Assembly: GCF_006345805.1 (NCBI RefSeq) | Contig: NW_021834233.1 | Location: forward strand, 15,268 to 79,267 | Reading direction: 5' to 3' | DNA from: Octopus sinensis | Lineage: Eukaryota | DNA length: 64,000 nucleotides | The notes under the pieces: generated by a model | Told to the model about the DNA's origin: nothing | The model's input: only the letters and a program-made list of their open reading frames with translations | Databases searched by the model: none | Program-made: the position numbers and the translations under genes | In this document: in pieces, positions 58,000 to 64,000 of the stretch | How the letters are laid out: every line of letters starts with the position of its first letter | Numbering within the stretch: the first letter of the stretch is position 1

Positions 58000-58516
58000 T
58001 ATATCAATTTCTAAGATCGAGGTAACCAGATATTATCCCGACCACTGTAAATTTGTAGAGAACTTGTGCGTTTGTGAAAAACCAAAATAATACTTATTTG
58101 TAACCAATGCCAAAATACGGACAATACCATAATTCTTCATTTTGTGGAAAAATTTCGTTAAAAGTATGCTGAAAGTCTTTAGTTTTATTCACGTATTTTG
58201 ACTTATTCCCATTATTTTTGTTTTGGTTTCACCGTAAAGGTTAGTTTTGTGAAATAATTTACGAATTTAACTAATTAATCTAAACGGATTATTTTATTAA
58301 TCAGTAAGTTATCCAGTGTTTGTAGTATGCCTTCAAGGTATGAAATTGCTAGATAATTTTTCTTGGAATATAGAAAAATATGAGAAGTATTTTCATAGAA
58401 CTTAAGTATTTCTCTTTGGAATGCTGTGTTTCTCTGTAACAATCTTTGTCTTACTGCTTATTTACCAGAAATAGTTTACTTCTGATGTCAGTTTACTAGG
58501 TTTTAATCACTGCTAT

Positions 58517-58952
58517 GTGGAGGCACATGACCTAGTGGTTAGAGCAGTGGACTCGCGGTCGAGGGATCGCGGGTTCGAATCTCAAACCGGGTAATGTGTG
58601 TGTTTATGAGCGAAACACCGAAGCTCCACGCTGCTCCGGCAGAAGGTAATGGTTAACTGTGTTGTAGGGAAACACAAAATTCCAAAGAGAAATACATAAG
58701 TTTTATGTAAATATTTCTTATATTTTTCTATATTCCAAGAAAACCATCAACAAATTTCATACCTCGAAGGCATGCTACATACACTGTTGTTCTTTCGCCA
58801 CAACTTTCTCTCACGTTTCCCCCCCTGCATCTTACAGCTCACCTGCGATGGACCGGCGTCTCGTCTTGGTGGAGAACCTATACGCCAAGGAAACCTGGAA
58901 ACCGGCCTTTATGAACCAGGCGTGGCCCGAGAAGGAACAAACAACAACAAAC
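58517..58952 (+). mobile_element. tRNA-Arg-like SINE interrupted by a ~125-bp insert (58660-58786)
   Basis: Colinear with the 32312-32616 copy except for the insert; CAA-repeat tail. Confidence 0.85.
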
Positions 58953-59303
58953 ACTGCAATAAACTCTGTATGTCCACTAAAATTCATTGCAAATAGATTT
59001 TGTTATATTTGGTCTAAATAATAAATAGTCACCTAGCTACAAATTGTTTTATAATTCCCCTAGGCAATTTTGCTTTCAAAACACAATAGTGATCGCCTAC
59101 AATCTCCCACTAATTATAACGACGGAGTAGGGCATAAGATGTCTCTACGGTTGTCATTCACACCCTGTAAGAGTCATAATGGCTTACGGTTGATGGGTTA
59201 AAATATTTGATACAGTTCCCTAATAATACCGTACTTTCTAAATTTCTCTCTGACCTTTTCTTTAGCATTTGATTCTTCGCTACACTGGAGACGATATCTT
59301 TCC

Positions 59304-59378
59304 ATGGCAGTGTCCAATGTTTCAGACCATCAATCGATTGTCACCATGAACCCAACCAAAAGCATACCTGAAACAGCT
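59304..59378 (+). CDS. Candidate first coding exon of an unidentified host gene (exon 59266-59378; MAVSNVSDHQSIVTMNPTKSIPETA)
   Basis: A strong polypyrimidine acceptor TTTCTCTCTGACCTTTTCTTTAG| at 59265, one frame open across the exon, ATG at 59304 and a phase-0 donor GCT|GTAAGG. It lies in non-repetitive sequence. No homology recognised. Confidence 0.45.
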
Positions 59379-59753
59379 GTAAGGCCATAATAGATAAATC
59401 AATGTAGGTAAATCGATATTTCTGTCTATTTTCATATGCAAATATTTATAGGCATGTATGTCTGTAACTCCATCTCTCTCCCCCTCCCCCTCTCTCTATC
59501 GGTTTACGTATGTCTCTATCTAACTGTATGTATGCATGTAAATATATATATATATATGTTTCGACCAATGATTGGTCCAGGCCATGTCTATCTTAATAGC
59601 ACCACCTAATAGAATTGTTCGAATCCTGTTTAAGTCAAGTTTTGTTTATGGTCCATTCAAGTAGTGAGTTCCTGTTGGGTGAGTTGTATCCAATTATGGG
59701 TGGCTTATCTGGTATTCTTTGAAGGAATCTATCCAGACTCCGTTTAAAGTTGA

Positions 59754-59794
<41 letters not shown>

Positions 59795-59999
59795 GAAATC
59801 ACTGTGATACAGGTCTATATTTTTTTAAATGTCTTACTTTGAAAAATTGCATTCGGTGGGATTAGTAATATTTTTGGTAGAAATGACTAATTGTCCCTCT
59901 TAGCGTTTGGCATGTATGTATAATGCCTTCTGGCATGTATGTATAATGCCCTCTATATATAAATTTACATATATATATATATATATATATATATCTCAT

Positions 60000-62830
<2,831 letters not shown>

Positions 62831-63579
62831 TCTGTGATAGGTATGCGTGAAGATGTGTATGTATGTCCATATGTCCATGTTCAGATGGGTTTCAATATAA
62901 AATCTATAACAATATCAAACGCAGAACTGAAATTTCATCAGTTGTTTACTCCGAGTTTCGCTTTGGCGCTTTTCAAAATAACATTTCACTTTCAACTGAA
63001 TATACCATTAATCATTCTATGAAAGTGATGCAAAAAAAAAAAGATATATCTAACACTAGCAAATATAATATACAAACAAATAAGCTAGTAAATGCATGTG
63101 ACTGTTGAGTGAGACGCTTGTGAGTGGTGGAGTGATGGCTAGTCTTATGCGTGCTTAAAATGGCTGTAATACTGAAAGGTAGTGTAAGCGAAGAGAGACA
63201 TTATTTTATAGGAATTATTTGATACGTAGACCGAGAAAGGTGAAGAAAAGAAAAATAAAGGATGGAAGAAGTAAGGAAAATTGGAGAAGTGAGAAGTAAA
63301 AAGATAAAAAGAAAATTAGGAGAGTAGCAAATTTGAAGTAGCGAAGTATGGAAGACAGTAGAAAAAAAAAATGTTAGAAAAAGAAAATCTTCATATAAGT
63401 ATGCAAGTTTGCACAGTTATACGTAAATATATTTCTCCCTCTGTCATTCTTTCTTACTTTCTTTCTTTCTTCCTTTCTTTCATTCTCTCTCTCTTTCATT
63501 CATTTATTCATTCATTCTTTCGTTCTTTCTCTCTCACACCCTCTCTATCTGTTCATCTATCTATCTATATCTATCTATC

Positions 63580-63648
<69 letters not shown>

Positions 63649-63663
63649 ATCTATCTATCTATC

Positions 63664-63695
<32 letters not shown>

Positions 63696-63743
63696 AACGT
63701 ATATGTACACATACATACATATATATATAAATACATACATACT

Positions 63744-63778
<35 letters not shown>

Positions 63779-64000
63779 GAACTCATGGGTACATATATGT
63801 ATTTATATACATACATGTACATACATATATATTTATATATACACACGTACACACACAGGCACACACAGACACACAGACAGACACACACACACGTATATCA
63901 GTGTTAGGATTACTTAATCTTCTATCAATTTCTTACGCTTTCCCACTCTAAAATATTCGTTTCAATTTTACTTCCCTCTTTACTTCTCTGTTCTACTCAT

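Noticed and set aside
59907-59952. Small tandem duplications (GGCATGTATGTATAATGCC twice; similar ones at ~43745, ~53790 and ~54260)
   Set aside because: These are ordinary slippage-type duplications with no further structure.
62863-63108. 81-aa ORF with an acceptor-like GTTCAG
   Set aside because: The polypyrimidine tract and donor are weak, the phase does not match the candidate upstream exon, and no homology was recognised.

Overview
AT-rich, repeat-dominated animal DNA with no complete protein-coding gene. It is most likely a large intron or intergenic region of a coleoid cephalopod (Octopus-like); this is inferred from the SINE families and the very high microsatellite density. Most ORF-track entries are translated simple repeats. 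Supported content: several tRNA-derived SINE families, one forming head-[core+tail]n tandem arrays; decayed R4/Dong, Tx1/L1-like and mariner elements; a young GC-rich RTE 3' fragment inside a (TA)n tract; a non-autonomous Helitron; two palindromic MITEs; and a Penelope-like inverted structure with minimal hammerhead ribozyme folds flanking a Pol III promoter. There is also one plausible host start exon (59266-59378) and two candidate promoter motifs. The most interesting observations are the ordered SINE arrays whose tail matches a Tx1-like 3' end stacked in (TATC)n, the hammerhead/tRNA-head cassette at 38.9-39.4 kb, two locally templated inverted insertions, and a decayed tandem coding repeat with a synonymous-change excess. 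All alignments and counts were done by eye.
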